DNA of 62,751 nt, the filler included, from Sphacelaria rigidula (lineage: Eukaryota), in the NCBI GenBank assembly GCA_964200075.2. It is 11 parts of 11 records of this genome, joined end to end, with 100 filler letters (N's around TTAATTAATTAA, not from the genome) between each part and the next. Parts side by side here need not be neighbours in the genome. Positions count along the whole stretch, not along the records: positions 5,715 to 11,328 come from CAXNAA020025845.1; positions 11,429 to 17,042 come from CAXNAA020025846.1; positions 17,143 to 22,756 come from CAXNAA020025847.1; positions 22,857 to 28,470 come from CAXNAA020025848.1; 7 more parts are not named here. The stretch is one strand, 5' to 3'. Both the position numbers and the translations under genes were made by a program. The notes beneath the pieces are model-generated. The model did no database searches, was not told the DNA's origin, and worked only from the letters and a program-made list of their open reading frames with translations. Positions 11,066-23,377 of this stretch are shown here, piece by piece. How positions within the stretch are numbered: the first letter of the stretch is position 1; every line of letters starts with the position of its first letter.

Positions 11066-12968
11066 AAAAAAAATACTGTTCCGAGAGGACAACCTGCTGC
11101 TGATCGTATCTTATGCTCGAATAACGTATAACGCACAACATATGCGTGGCAACGGTATCTTCTACTCAGGCTTCGAAGGCCGGATGTCATGGCAAATAGA
11201 TTTTTGGCCCGCGGTTTATTCACTTTTGGGACGTTTGACCCACTTTTTGACCCCCAAGCAGGGAAAATCGCCAACACCCGTCTTGAACACTTTGCATCAC
11301 CCCACAGAGAGGAGTCTAGCCCACTTTTNNNNNNNNNNNNNNNNNNNNNNNNNNNNNNNNNNNNNNNNNNNNTTAATTAATTAANNNNNNNNNNNNNNNN
11401 NNNNNNNNNNNNNNNNNNNNNNNNNNNNAAACCCGGCGTGCTCAGTCCCGGCTTTGTAGGGATGCGAGGTCAATGGTCTTATGACTATGGCCTGCATGAT
11501 CATGAGTACACCCTCCGTCCATTTATCATGGAGTTGTTACACCCTTCACACCAACAGCGTGGAAGCGTTCCGTAAACGCCTGGCAAATCCACACGACCCC
11601 TATCCCACAGCCAGGCGAAAGCCTCGCGTACCGCCGACGGAATCTATTCATCCCCGACCGACAGGACGGGGTATGCCGCGGTAAAACAGTCCCGCCGAGG
11701 TATCTGCGCCCTCCGTCCATGTGCTACGAGCGATTTCCTTAGCCTGAACGCCGTCTGCACAGGAAGTCAAGAGTTGGAGGTGACGGGCGCGGCACGGACA
11801 CGGTGAGCGCAATGAAATATTGACGACAAAAAGAAAGAAAACAGCGCGAATATCGCGTGCATCGCCGAAGGTGTGGCGCGGATGTAGTGTGCCTGACAGC
11901 GGCGCACGCACAACGTGCGCCGACCACGACATTATGTCGCCGGAATGGCAGGCATGAACAGATTTTGGTGTGGGAGATGGGTGCTGAAGTACGGAGGCAA
12001 GAGGTAGTGTTCATGCCATACGACAGAAACGGCGACGACGAGATAATATTTGAATGCGAACCCGCGGTTCAACAGAAAACTACTCGTATCGTAGTACAAT
12101 ACTACTGCCGCGCCCTGCTGGTGTCATGGGACTTTTGTCGCCAGTGGGATGGACGAAATGTGGATTCCATCCCCCAAGGTTTGTCTTCTTTACTTTGTGC
12201 ATGTGAGCTCCCAACTTCATTCCGATATCAGCTGTTTCGACGAATACATGGTCCGTTCGCGCAGCTCTACTCAAAGATACGAGTACTTTCGCATGCGATG
12301 GCAGTACTGTACACGGATATGAGGAGCTCTCACTAGGGCTTTCGACAGAAAATACATGTAGAAAACGCCGCAATCATCAAACCGTTCAAATCATTCTATT
12401 TCGTAATTTCCGCACCGCGTTCAAGCATAGGGTCGACGCACTTGGTGGCTGTCTCGACATCGAGAATACGCTTTGACGGAGGTGCCTATGGCAGTTCGCG
12501 CGCCGACGGCATAACGCGCTGAGTGAGTGTCTTGCCGCATTCTTCCATCGAAAAAAAGGGGCGATTGCAATTAATTTTAGCGAAATTCGCTCGTTTCCTC
12601 TCGAGGTGGGTCGACGGGAATTTTCAAGCGTTCTATCGGAAAAGGACGGGAAAATTCGTGAAGCGGTAGATGGTCGTTTGTGAACAATACAGACAGTGCG
12701 TACTACCTGCACTGTTTGAATGCACTGTGTGTGAAGTTCGTGTCTGCGTGTTTCGTGCAGCAGGATGTAAAAGAGGATCGGGCAACATGCAGAACTTCCA
12801 CGGTAGCACCATCTGTTCCCTCTGCCCACAATGATACGTGAAAAGGACTCGGACACCGCGCAGCTTTGTACATGCATTGTGTCCGGTACCGCGTCCGCGA
12901 GGGGGTTAGCCACCTTACCACGCCGTTCTAACCCTGATCCCGACGATGGAGAAAGATGGTCAAGTTTT

Positions 12969-13709
12969 CTCACGTCGGACGAGCACAAGCATGAATCGTG
13001 TCTCGCACTCGTTGGGCTGCTCGTAGTGAAAAAAAAGTAATAGGGTGAGTACTCGAGTCATTGTTCGTGGTGAAAAAAATGAACAGGGCGAGTACTCGAG
13101 TCGTTGCGCGTGGTGAAAGAAAAATCACACGTCAGAGTGTTCATTACTTGGCGAAACGTGTGCACCCGTGGATGTTGTTTTTCAACACAACGAATAAGCC
13201 TCGTGTGCTCGAGTCACGATTTTATTCTTCAACGAGCAAGGACTCGAGTACTCATCGTCGGATTGCTGACTACTCCACTCAAGTCGTTCATCATGAGCAA
13301 TGACTCGAGTGCTCGCCCTATAACGTTTCCCACAACGAGCAATGACCCGAGTATTTCGCCCCATCAATTTTTACCGCCAACGAGCAGCCCAACGATTGCG
13401 AGTGTCACGAGTCATACTCGTGCTCGCCCGGCGTGTTGAAAAACTATAGAGCGAGTACTCAAGTCATCGCTCGTAGTGTCAAAAGTTAATAGGGCGAGTA
13501 CTCGAGTCATTCCTCGTGGCAGAGAAAACTCATAGGTCTAGCACCCGAGTCATTGTTCGTGGTGGAAAGAATCATGACTGCAGCATACGAGTCATCGGTC
13601 TTGGCGAAGACTAATGAATAACTCGAGCACACGAGTCGTGCTCGTGGTGGTGTCGAGAAACATTAACGAGTGTACTCGTTGCGACGAGAAATGACTCGTC
13701 CGACATGTG
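12969..13709. mobile_element. Foldback-like non-autonomous DNA transposon built from ~40-bp subrepeats
   Basis: Ends CTCACGTCGGACGAG...CTCGTCCGACATGTG; TSD CAAGTTTT/TAAGTTTT; unit ATAGGGCGAGTACTCGAGTCATTGCTCGTGGTGAAAA occurs in both orientations. Confidence 0.8.
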
Positions 13710-15762
13710 TAAGTTTTCTCCGACAAACTGTATGCACAGCATACATACGCAACTACTGCAGTGCATCCATCCTTGTGCTCAACTCCTGCTTTATGCTGCA
13801 GGGTTGCGACCGTAGCTAACGATGAATGGTGTGTACTAGTTTGCATGATCATTTGAACGGATGGTATGTGGTGTGGTGGTTCGTGTGTTAGGGGCCGAGC
13901 GCCTCTCGGTGCTTTTCGCCCGTGTGTCTGTTGGGAAAAGGTGAGATTGACTATTTTTCACTTCTTCGCTCGCCACTAAGGCCGTGTCTCAGTCTTTCAT
14001 TTTTCGATCGACAACGTGCGGTGGCAATCAGAAACTCCGATGAAATAGGTCGTAATATGAACCGGTTTCTGCAGAAATTACGATAGCTGAATAGCCGGGA
14101 CGGTATTGGAAGGACGAGCTTACGTCTGAGACCACGGGTTCGAGAGATCGGACTAATGTGCGGAAACGATAATTGAATATAAAATAGCTGAAATTACGGC
14201 CAATCAAATCGGAGTCTTCCTTTTCCACCGTACATTTTCCATATAAAAATGATATGCGAAGGCACGCCGTAATGATAAAACAATCGCTGATGCCAACTAG
14301 GAGCAGAAGGTGGTGGACAAATGCGATGGCAATTGTTTTTCCATCGCATGCTTTCGAGCGACATGAAGATATATGAAGATATGTCACCTATGGGAGGGTG
14401 CTGACGTCGAAATATGATGTTTCACTGCTGGTACACACCACCCCCCTTTGCTTGCTTTGGCGCCAACCCGCGACGGGCAGGGATCGCTAAACCAAACCCG
14501 ATTGGCCCCTCTGCACCTCTCCATACATAAGACTCGTCCCCTAGTTGAGACGAATGCCTATTCCGTGGCAACAGGAAAGGTGAACACCGGTCGCTTAGCG
14601 ATGTTCACTGACCGCGGAAGGAACAGGTACGGTAGGTACTGATATATTGAACTACCGGAGTATCGTGGGTATGACACTTCAAAATACCCGATTGGGTCGG
14701 TATCGGTAGGGTATGAGATGTCCAAAATACCAGTACGGGGTAACTGGCTTACCCTCTATGCCGATTTCAAGACTGTCATCCGGCAGTGCGGAGAAGCGTT
14801 TGAGATCCCTGTGAAAGTTCGGAAGTCAGATTATTGATGTGCCCGAGGTGGGTAGCGCCCCCCCCACACGCACACAACGCACAACGCTGAGCTGCAGACC
14901 TCAAAGAACATAGAATCCCATCATGACCGCCAGCTGGATTGTTGCAATCAGCTGACAGGGCGAGACACCCAATCCATGGATCGATCATGAGTACGGCGTG
15001 GTGATTTTCGTGGTTATTGACGTGGGTGCAGAGACGAGAGCACTCTAAGGATAGAGCAGTAGTAAGGGCAAAATTCAATGGCCAGATTTCCATTTCGAGA
15101 GGGGAGCACCGTAAATTGTGGCACTGAGGAATTGCAGTAGTACGTAAGAGAGGTGCAGTAGTACGCATGACCAGGGTTTGCCTCTCCGTATGGTTGTACT
15201 TTTTCATGTAGAGCACCCGGCAATGGCGCAGTAATAACAGTATATATATGTATAAACACACATATATATATATATATGTATGTGTTTATGTATGCGCGGT
15301 TACTCACTTGGTATTTTGGCACCTTGTTGTCTATTTTGTATGGCTTCTGCGACCCCTCGCGTTTTTTGTTGCTTTTCCTCCTTCTCGTTTTTTTCTCTCT
15401 GCTTGTTTGCACGTGAAATATTATCGCGTTTAATGATCACGTTCGACATGAATGATGAAACAATGTACAGCGCCGCAACGAGGATAAAATGTCCTAACCC
15501 ATTCATTACCTGGATAATCAGACTACATCATAACAAATTCATTCGAATTGATCCAAACACAAAAACCAGGGGGAATCGGGGTATATATTACTTGTGAAAA
15601 CAAGACGTACCTGCTCTCACAACTTTTGGCCTTTGCGTAAGTTGGGACCAGCTGCTGCACCGTGGGGATCGCATCGCGTCCGGTATTCACCGTGTATATT
15701 CTCGGTATTTCCCGCGGTATCCCATGACCGTGGTTTGCATGGGTATCGTAGGCATCAGTCAA

Positions 15763-16049
15763 CAGTGGATTATCGAAAATGGGGTTGAAAAATGAATGAG
15801 GTTCACCTCAAAGCACACTTTTGCCTCGATCTCGGGGTGGAAAAAAGACGTTTTTGGCCCAAAAATCGCGCTTTCGCACGTAACCTTTGGGGGAACAGGA
15901 GGCTAGAAATCCCCCGAATTAGTTTTAGGGAGGTCGGGAGTGATGAGGTCGTCCGTATAAAGGTCAGTTGCCATGATTTCAGGTCAGAGAAAGCACGACT
16001 TTTGGGTTGAACCTCATTTTTTTTCAACCCCATTTCCGAGAATCCACTG
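15763..16049. mobile_element. MITE with ~30-bp TIRs (CAGTG...CACTG)
   Basis: CAGTGGATTATCGAAAATGGGGTTGAAAAA / TTTTTCAACCCCATTTCCGAGAATCCACTG. Partial copies at ~48365-48608 and ~57170-57217. Confidence 0.8.
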
Positions 16050-16175
16050 TGAGTTCTCAAAATATCCGATTGAGCGGGTACGGTTAAGTGTTGAAATATC
16101 GCAATACCGTAGTATCATTGGTATAATAGGCACAGCATTTGAAAACACCCGATTGAGCGGGTACAGTGGGTGATG

Positions 16176-17042
16176 AAATGGGCGTATTCAGTATGTATGA
16201 ATACGGTTTGTGTTGGCGGATGACGAATTATAAGGGATGTACTCTGGCGTATGTCGAAGTTGAAATAAGATATAAAGGATCGCGTGTCCAAGGAGCAAAC
16301 GCCGCAGAGTTGGTTCAAGAGGGCGAGACTGGTCTGGTGCAAGAGCACCAAAGAAGCAGACAGTATGACTCGAGACCACTTGACTAGTCAGCGACAGCCA
16401 GCAGTCTCAGTAGTACAGTAGTCCCTGGCACTTGATCGATTTTTACAATGCATAACACATCAACATCGGGAGCAGCAGCAGCGGGAGGAGCAGCTTCGCA
16501 AAGTCAAGGCCAACACCCCCACAGCACATCAGGAGCTCGAGCGCTGAGGTCCATGTCACAACATTCACCAAGGCGCTCACCATCATCATCAACTTCGGCA
16601 CCACCGACAACGACGGCAGGCGGGGTAGGCGAGCCTTCATTACAGGAGAACTCACGAGGATGGCTCGGCGCTGGACGCGTATACGGGGAAAAATTACGCC
16701 GCTCTACACAGAGACGAGGCGGCCGTCAAAACCCGCATAATCACTGACTTTAACCACGACATCAACGGGTGGCTCACAAAATGCAGGGACGCGGGATTGA
16801 ACCTACGCATTGAGTCTCCCGCCGCCCCACCCGCCAACGGGCAGGGCCCCGCGGCGCCGGTGCCATCGTTCACCCGTGTAAAAACGCTAACCGCCGACGG
16901 CCACCCCAGCAGCCCCATCGGTCGCCAAAACCCCGGGCTCGAGGTAGCAGGCTCACCCGCGCAGCCCGCCCCCAAGACAGCCGTCAAGCAAAAGGCACTC
17001 CCCGACGGGGGTACGAGCAACGCGGTCAAACGTGTCGCTCCC
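16176..17042 (+). mobile_element. 5' end of a Ngaro/DIRS-group YR retrotransposon: A repeat (16176-16444) + start of ORF1 (ATG 16448, frameshifted)
   Basis: About 270 bp are highly similar to 32845-33090, downstream of the YR gene. An ATG follows immediately and opens an S/T/A/P-rich ORF running to the contig end. Confidence 0.8.
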
Positions 17043-17995
17043 NNNNNNNNNNNNNNNNNNNNNNNNNNNNNNNNNNNNNNNNNNNNTTAATTAATTAANN
17101 NNNNNNNNNNNNNNNNNNNNNNNNNNNNNNNNNNNNNNNNNNAACCGTCATTTCCCCCCCTTTTTTGAGGGGGGTGATATTAAGGAAAATGGCTGTTTCG
17201 TTCAGCGTTGTAAGCTCACAGAGTCGGTAAATTGCGCTGAAGAGCATCTACGCGATCGAGGGGCCTCAGGCCGACAAGAACGTCATTGGGCACCATTGCT
17301 GAAAGTGTGAGGAAAGCACTGTTTTAGGCTTGAACCTCATCTCGGAGTTAAACCTCAAATCGCACAATTTGTTGTTACATCTTGGTTTTTCTGATGGATA
17401 GCCTGCACCGACTAGAGAACGGGTATTGAAAAGAGGGGGTTTGGAAAATCACGCCGTACATCAACATCACCCACATCCCACACTGTACCGTGTTCAGTTT
17501 AGGTTTTGTTAGCATCTCTTGCTGTCAAGATTGTTGTCCGCACGCCTGTTGTCTGTGTCTTCGTCAGACGTGCGTCCGAACCTTGTGAGAGAGCGGTCTC
17601 CGAAGATACATGTAGACGAATACTTTGTGTAAATAATACACACCTAATACACACCCTGGACAGCAGATTATATGGTCAAAAACTGTAGTGCGTGCAACAT
17701 AGACTATTGCGTCTGTTGCAATCGACATTTCTGGACGGGTAATTTTTGTCATCACCCAGGGTGAAAAATAATGGAAAAAAATGGTTTGTGCAGCGTAAAT
17801 GCCTGGATATTGACTCTCCCGAACCGTATTGGGTCAAGCTAGATACGGTCGCAATTCTCCATCCAATATTTGAGTGTTGTTGAGAACGATCTCGCTACTC
17901 TACCCCAAGTTCTTGGTACTGGGGGTACGAATCTTTGCAATGCCCAAATGTAGGAAATACCCCACGTACCCAACATACTCTTGAAAAAATATATC

Positions 17996-18197
17996 CAAGG
18001 GCAGGTCGGGTCAGGTATACCCAATTTTTTGGTATTCGAAAAGTGGAGATCTGACCCATGCCTACAGCAGCAGCCAGCCCAGTGCTGTTGTTCTCGTCTT
18101 TGAAGCCCATACAAGTCATTGTGACTAGCTTTTGCAGGTGATATGCAACGTATCAAAATACCACAAGATCGGGTATACTCTACCCGACCTGCCCTTG
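17996..18197. mobile_element. hAT-like MITE
   Basis: TIR CAAGGGCAGGTCGGGT...ACCCGACCTGCCCTTG; flanks AATATATC/AAGATACC (6/8). Confidence 0.65.
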
Positions 18198-18398
18198 AAG
18201 ATACCCTGTGTGTACGTCTCTCTTCTCGTTTTTTTCCCTCTCAAATCTTGCGTGACGACTACCCCACCTCTTTCGTCCTCCTGTTAGGTTGTGTTCATTC
18301 TTGTCTTGACCTTGTCTTCCACCCATCCCCATCCCCTGATGCCCACTGATCATTGCGCTGGTTCCCCCGGTGTGTATGTGTGCGTGCCGTCTGTTCAT

Positions 18399-18808
18399 CA
18401 CACCCTGGATAAGATCGCATTGCACGGGTCGGACGAATAAATGATTCGTCTGGAAATTAGTTGATTTTAGTGTAATCGATTCGTACCGTACGAATCAATC
18501 CTCGGGCTTTGTTTTCAGCGTTGCACCCCAGGTACGCGCAGCCCAGGCACCTGGAATGGCGCAAAAGTTGCGTGGGAACCTTTTGGACCATCGGTCGACT
18601 TTCTTTTCTCTTTCGAGCAATCAGGCCTGGGAAATCGTGGATTTGGTGATTCGAACCGGCAATGATTCGTCCGAACCGTGTTGTACATTGTCAGAAAGTG
18701 TACTGCGCACAGTACGGAATCTTTTGTCTATTGCAGTAGACGCAATAGTCGATACTGTACGTAGTGCAGTTTGTCATCGTGTAATCTACGGTCATAATCT
18801 AGGGTGTG
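18399..18808. mobile_element. CACACCCTGGA-family MITE containing a nested MITE (18423-18680)
   Basis: Outer ends CACACCCTGGAT...ATCTAGGGTGTG with flanks CTGTTCAT/CTCTTGAT. The inner element CACGGGTCGGACGAAT...ATTCGTCCGAACCGTG is the 9030 family. Confidence 0.75.
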
Positions 18809-20420
18809 CTCTTGATTGTATCACTCGGCAGGGGGCCCTAGATCGGGAAATCGCTCCACCACCGCCCCCCAGGCCGCAAATACCTCATTTTGGGGCTGAA
18901 GGAGGGGGCGCGGGGGACTCGATTCTATGTGTAAGAGGGTACCCCCCCATCGCTGGATGATGCCGATACTAGTTTCTGCACTGCACCGCACGTGAATTAC
19001 ATTTGATTACTGAGAGTTATCATAGGCGGTGGTGCAGCCATTTCTCGAAATGGGGCCCCTCGCACTCGGTGTAACTCACTATGTGTTTCTAATCGTGTCT
19101 GTTTTGTTTTGTTTTTTGTTTCATTTTTCGCACGCATATTGTTCCGGGTCAGATGTGCAAGCATGTGAAGGAAGGAGAAAGGGCGTCCGGGCGTGGCCCT
19201 GGCAACTATGGAAAGGGGCACTGTCGAGAGTGCACGAACGCACGGTACCCGCTCAAGGTATGAGCTAATTTCAACAAAAAACATCTAAGTTCATACTGGT
19301 AACTCGACGCGATTGGGGTATAGATGTATTAAAAAAAAAAAAAACAGAACGGGGGAACAGACTGAGTAGACTTGGAGAAAACAAGAAATGCGATAAAGAA
19401 CAGTAGAAATGGTTGGTCTCTGCAATATGCCTTCGGTTTGAAAGACGTTGAGCAAAAAGCACGCACTCGTTCGTACCGGGTGAAGGGAAATAAGAACCTG
19501 TGGGAGTAGACTTGAGAATGTCTGAAGCAGATCCCCACCACGCGTATACTCTGCGCTGCTGTTGGTTGTGCGTGTCTCAAGCCTCATCCTGCTCTCTACT
19601 AAGCAATATCAAATGTGTACGGTACTCGATCTCTGTGTTGAAGATCCTCAGGTTTCCACCCCCTGGGGTATAGGCTGGGGCTGTGGAATGTAGATCGATC
19701 AAGGCAGGCAATGGGCGTCAAATTGTATTGTGATGTTTTCGGTCAACATCTGTCTTCCAGTCGATCCTCTTTCTCTTTTTCTTCGCCTTTATGGGGTCGT
19801 ACAGCGATGGCGGTGAGTGAGGGTGCCTGTGATGACGATCGACTGACGGTGAAGGGGGCGCAGTTCTTCCCCTGATTTCACCTGTATTCGTGATCGTTGG
19901 TGTTGTGCCTTTGGGACTTGCGGTTTGCAGAAAGTGAAGATTCCTAGGCCCCGGATGTGGCCCAGCTGTACGATGCCTGGCTGTCGCAAGCGACACCACG
20001 GATGGGGAATGTGCAACTCGTGCCTCATGGTAAGTGAAGCCTAATTTCATTCCGGTGCCATCTCATGGAAGTCTGCGGGTGGGGGTGGGGTTGGAGTGAC
20101 GAGTCGTTCGGCCGTTGACCACGCATCCCTTTCGAGACGTACCATTGTTCCTACTCCTAGCAGAGACACCTCCAACCTTCGGACGCTCATTACCTCTCTT
20201 ACGTACATTGCACAAAATCTTTTTCGTATCTTATTCCCTTCCTGTGTCGCCGTCGGTGGCCACCATCGGTTGGGGGGGGGGGGGGGGGGGGGCAGTCTGT
20301 TGTTTTTTCCCCCTTTCTTTCACACTTTTTTCTCCCCTCTTCTTTTTTAGGGGGGGNNNNNNNNNNCTTTCCTCTCTTCTCTTTTTTTGCTTCTTCGTCT
20401 GCGGGGTCGGGGGGGGGGGG

Positions 20421-20455
<35 letters not shown>

Positions 20456-20625
20456 GGGGGGGGACTATACTCGTGATCTTGCAAGCCTTCGTCATCAGAC
20501 CTTTGACCTCGCTTCCTTATAAGGCCGGGACGGAACACGCCGGGTTTTCGCCGGACCAGGCTCGCAGTCAATCACCAAGCGCGCAGCGCGGGGGGGAGGA
20601 GGTACTCATCTGTTGCTTGCCGGTC

Positions 20626-20718
20626 TAAAAATCCCAGATCGTTTGAGTTCACCGTGTTACGAACTCACGATCCAACCGTCAGAGGGTTTCGAGGTTACCA
20701 AGTGAGCCACCGGGGCGA
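20626..20718 (-). mobile_element. tRNA-SINE head fragment
   Basis: Reverse complement matches 10712-10800. Confidence 0.7.
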
Positions 20719-20952
20719 GGGAGGGACGGAGGGAGAAGAAACTGAACCTTTTGGCTGCACGTATCTTGACGTGAAGCTCTTTCGATTGTGATGAGACAGC
20801 CCACGAGTAGCGTTCTGCGTACGCTTACGAAGTGACATATTCCAGGGTGGATTAAACAGTTCAACGATACCCTTTCCCTCTGCTCATTCTGTTTTTTTAA
20901 ATATGTATATATTTTTTTTCACCGGGTGCCCTTTTTCTCTATCTCTCCACAG

Positions 20953-22163
20953 GCCTATCAGGAGAAGCACCCGAAAGCCCAGATCACGAAGCAGATCAGG
21001 ACCAGGAAGGTATGTATACGTCAAGAGTGTGTGTTTTTTTTTCTCTATTCGATGTGTGTTTCACACCCTGGACAAAAGATTCCATTGAATAAAAATGTAG
21101 TGGGTACAGTGTGGAATCTTTTGTCTATTGTAATAGGCGCAATAGTCGATACTCTACGCGGTACACTTTTTGACCTGTGCATTATATTGTCCAGGGTGTG
21201 GTGTGTTCACACCTGGTCGATCGACTCTTTCAAGAAATTTCTCCGAAATATATATATTTTTGAAAACTAACGCTAAACCTTACCCTAACCCCAACCCAAG
21301 GCATACCGAGAACCCTCGGGCGAGGGGTGGAAGGTGTTCCCTAGGCACGGTGTGGCGTTGGCGGATCGCCAGGAGCACGTGGTGGGGTTGTCAACCTCAC
21401 TAAAGATCCGAATATCGGTGTTGACACTCGAATCAAGCAGTAAACTTTCGGTGGAGTTCTAATCGACCAAGTGGTGAAATAAAACACGACTGTTGAATTC
21501 GTCGTACTGCCAGCTGAACTGCTCTCTACCGATCGATGAACGTTTCCAACAAGATCTTCACCTTTTGTTCGAAGTGTTCTACGAAAACAAATGTAAAGAT
21601 GAAATAAATGGTGGGCACCGAAAGAATACAATGCCCGTGCAACCCATGTCTATTGGTTCTGTGAGAGAGTTCTGTGATGCTTTATGGCATCTCATGTTTG
21701 GTTCGTCTGCCTTCCATTCCTCTTCCCCCTCCGTCCTCACCCCTCGCTTCTCCCTTTTTTCATCACCCAACAAACAATAGTTCCATGTTTTTTCATCCCA
21801 TGGCAGGGGTATCGCGGCTTACACGTGAGTTTCGTTGTTACTTTCATGTATCCTGTCATGGCCCACTTTTGCAGATTTGTTTTTCTCGTTATTTCTCGTT
21901 GCGTCTGCGGAAATACCATGTCATGCTCCATCGATCACGCGAACTAGAACGGGATTGATGATGCACTTTCTCGTCTTCAAGGTCCCTGATCCATGAGCCA
22001 TACCTCCGCCGCGGGCTGGCGAAAAAATCGTTCTCCTCCTCTCCTCACCTCACCCCGTGATGGATTGTGAGTCTGGTCCGGCGAAAACCCGACGTGCTCC
22101 GTCCCGGCGTTATAGGGATACAAGGTCGATGATCTTATGGTTACGGCATGAAACATCATGAGT

Positions 22164-22199
<36 letters not shown>

Positions 22200-22678
22200 A
22201 CCCCCGCCCGCCCTCCCCCCCCCTCCCCCCCCTCGCCCTCACCTCNNNNNNNNNNTATTAGAATAAAAAGCTGATGTCTTTTTTTTTCAGGCAAGAAAAA
22301 ACATCTGTCCCCCCCCCCCCCCCCCCCCCCCGTTTTTTAACGCCTGCATGTGGTGCCTTCGACAGGGCTTCCAAGTGAAGTACTTCGGAGAAGACGCTGA
22401 GTTCACGGACTCGGAAGATGAGAAGAAAAAACACCCGCAGTCTATCTCTTGGAGTGAGGTCCCCTCGGGCGCCGACTGTCCGTCGGTCGTGACCACCCCC
22501 GCCGCCTCCATGCCTGCCGACCTCAAGGCGGCGGCCCTGGCGGCCGTGGCCGCCATGAGCAACAACTCGAGACAGAACGGGTCGAAGAAGAGGGCGGCTG
22601 CCGCTGCCGCTGCCGCTGCGGCCGCGGGTAGAGGGGGGAGGAGGATGCCCAAGCGAGCCAAGAACGGGTTTTCCACTG
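20953..22678 (+). CDS. Two internal exons of an unidentified gene (20953-21009 and 22366-22678)
   Basis: Canonical CAG|...|GTATGT and CAG|...|GTGAGT sites with a phase-0 join AYQEKHPKAQITKQIRTRK|GFQVKYFGEDAEFTDSEDEKKK. GC3-rich codons; poly-Ala and basic NLS-like segments. Confidence 0.7.
21062..21200. mobile_element. Short CACACCCTGGA-family MITE (intronic)
   Basis: TIR CACACCCTGGACAA...TTGTCCAGGGTGTG; TSD GTGTGTTT/GTGTGTTC. A related copy lies at ~17650-17763. Confidence 0.8.
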
Positions 22679-23377
22679 GTGAGTGTGGGGGAGGGGAGGG
22701 GGGGGGGCACTGGTCTGTGGAGGGCGGTTGTGAGTTAGTGATGGGCGACGGATCGANNNNNNNNNNNNNNNNNNNNNNNNNNNNNNNNNNNNNNNNNNNN
22801 TTAATTAATTAANNNNNNNNNNNNNNNNNNNNNNNNNNNNNNNNNNNNNNNNNNNNTGTCATTAACAGCAGTGCGTTGAAGAGTGTTGAGTTCGCGAAAC
22901 TGCGCGGGCTACATCTCCACGCCGGTGACACAGCGTTGGCTGATACTTCTATCTTCAAGTAAGTACTTGTAACCCTTTGACCGCCAGGGTGGGCAACCTA
23001 GGCCTCACGTTCATTTTTCGAGTGAAAATGATGCTGATTCAGTAGATGACACAGACAGACACCGGCTGTCTGAACTTGAGGGAGGTCACATTGCCACTCG
23101 GTAGAATGATTCTTTGAAATGATTTTGAAAGAATGCAAACCCTGATCCTAACCCTAAACCTACCGCAACCAAGGCACACGAGAAACGTCGTAAAAGTAGG
23201 CTGCAGAGTATTCCGTAGGCAACGTGGGGCATAAATCGACCTCAAATGTTCCAAATCGGCGCTGATTTAGACAGCGCATTCTACGCACGCTAGGGGAACT
23301 CGGGACTGTACTGTTCACTCAAATCAAGTACAGTCATTCTTCACAAAGTCATTTTACCAAGTGGTCTCTACAGACTT

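Noticed and set aside
12990..13700. CRISPR-like repeat-spacer array
   Set aside because: Units are degenerate, switch orientation and lack unique constant-length spacers. The array is bounded by TIRs and a TSD, there are no cas genes, and the context is eukaryotic.
20484..20500. Hammerhead ribozyme (minus-strand CTGATGA-CGAA)
   Set aside because: No stem II between the core motifs, and CTGATGA is not conserved in the other copies.
20271..22331. Poly-Gly/Pro ORFs or G-quadruplex elements from G/C runs
   Set aside because: Homopolymers next to small N gaps, so the sequence is low-confidence.
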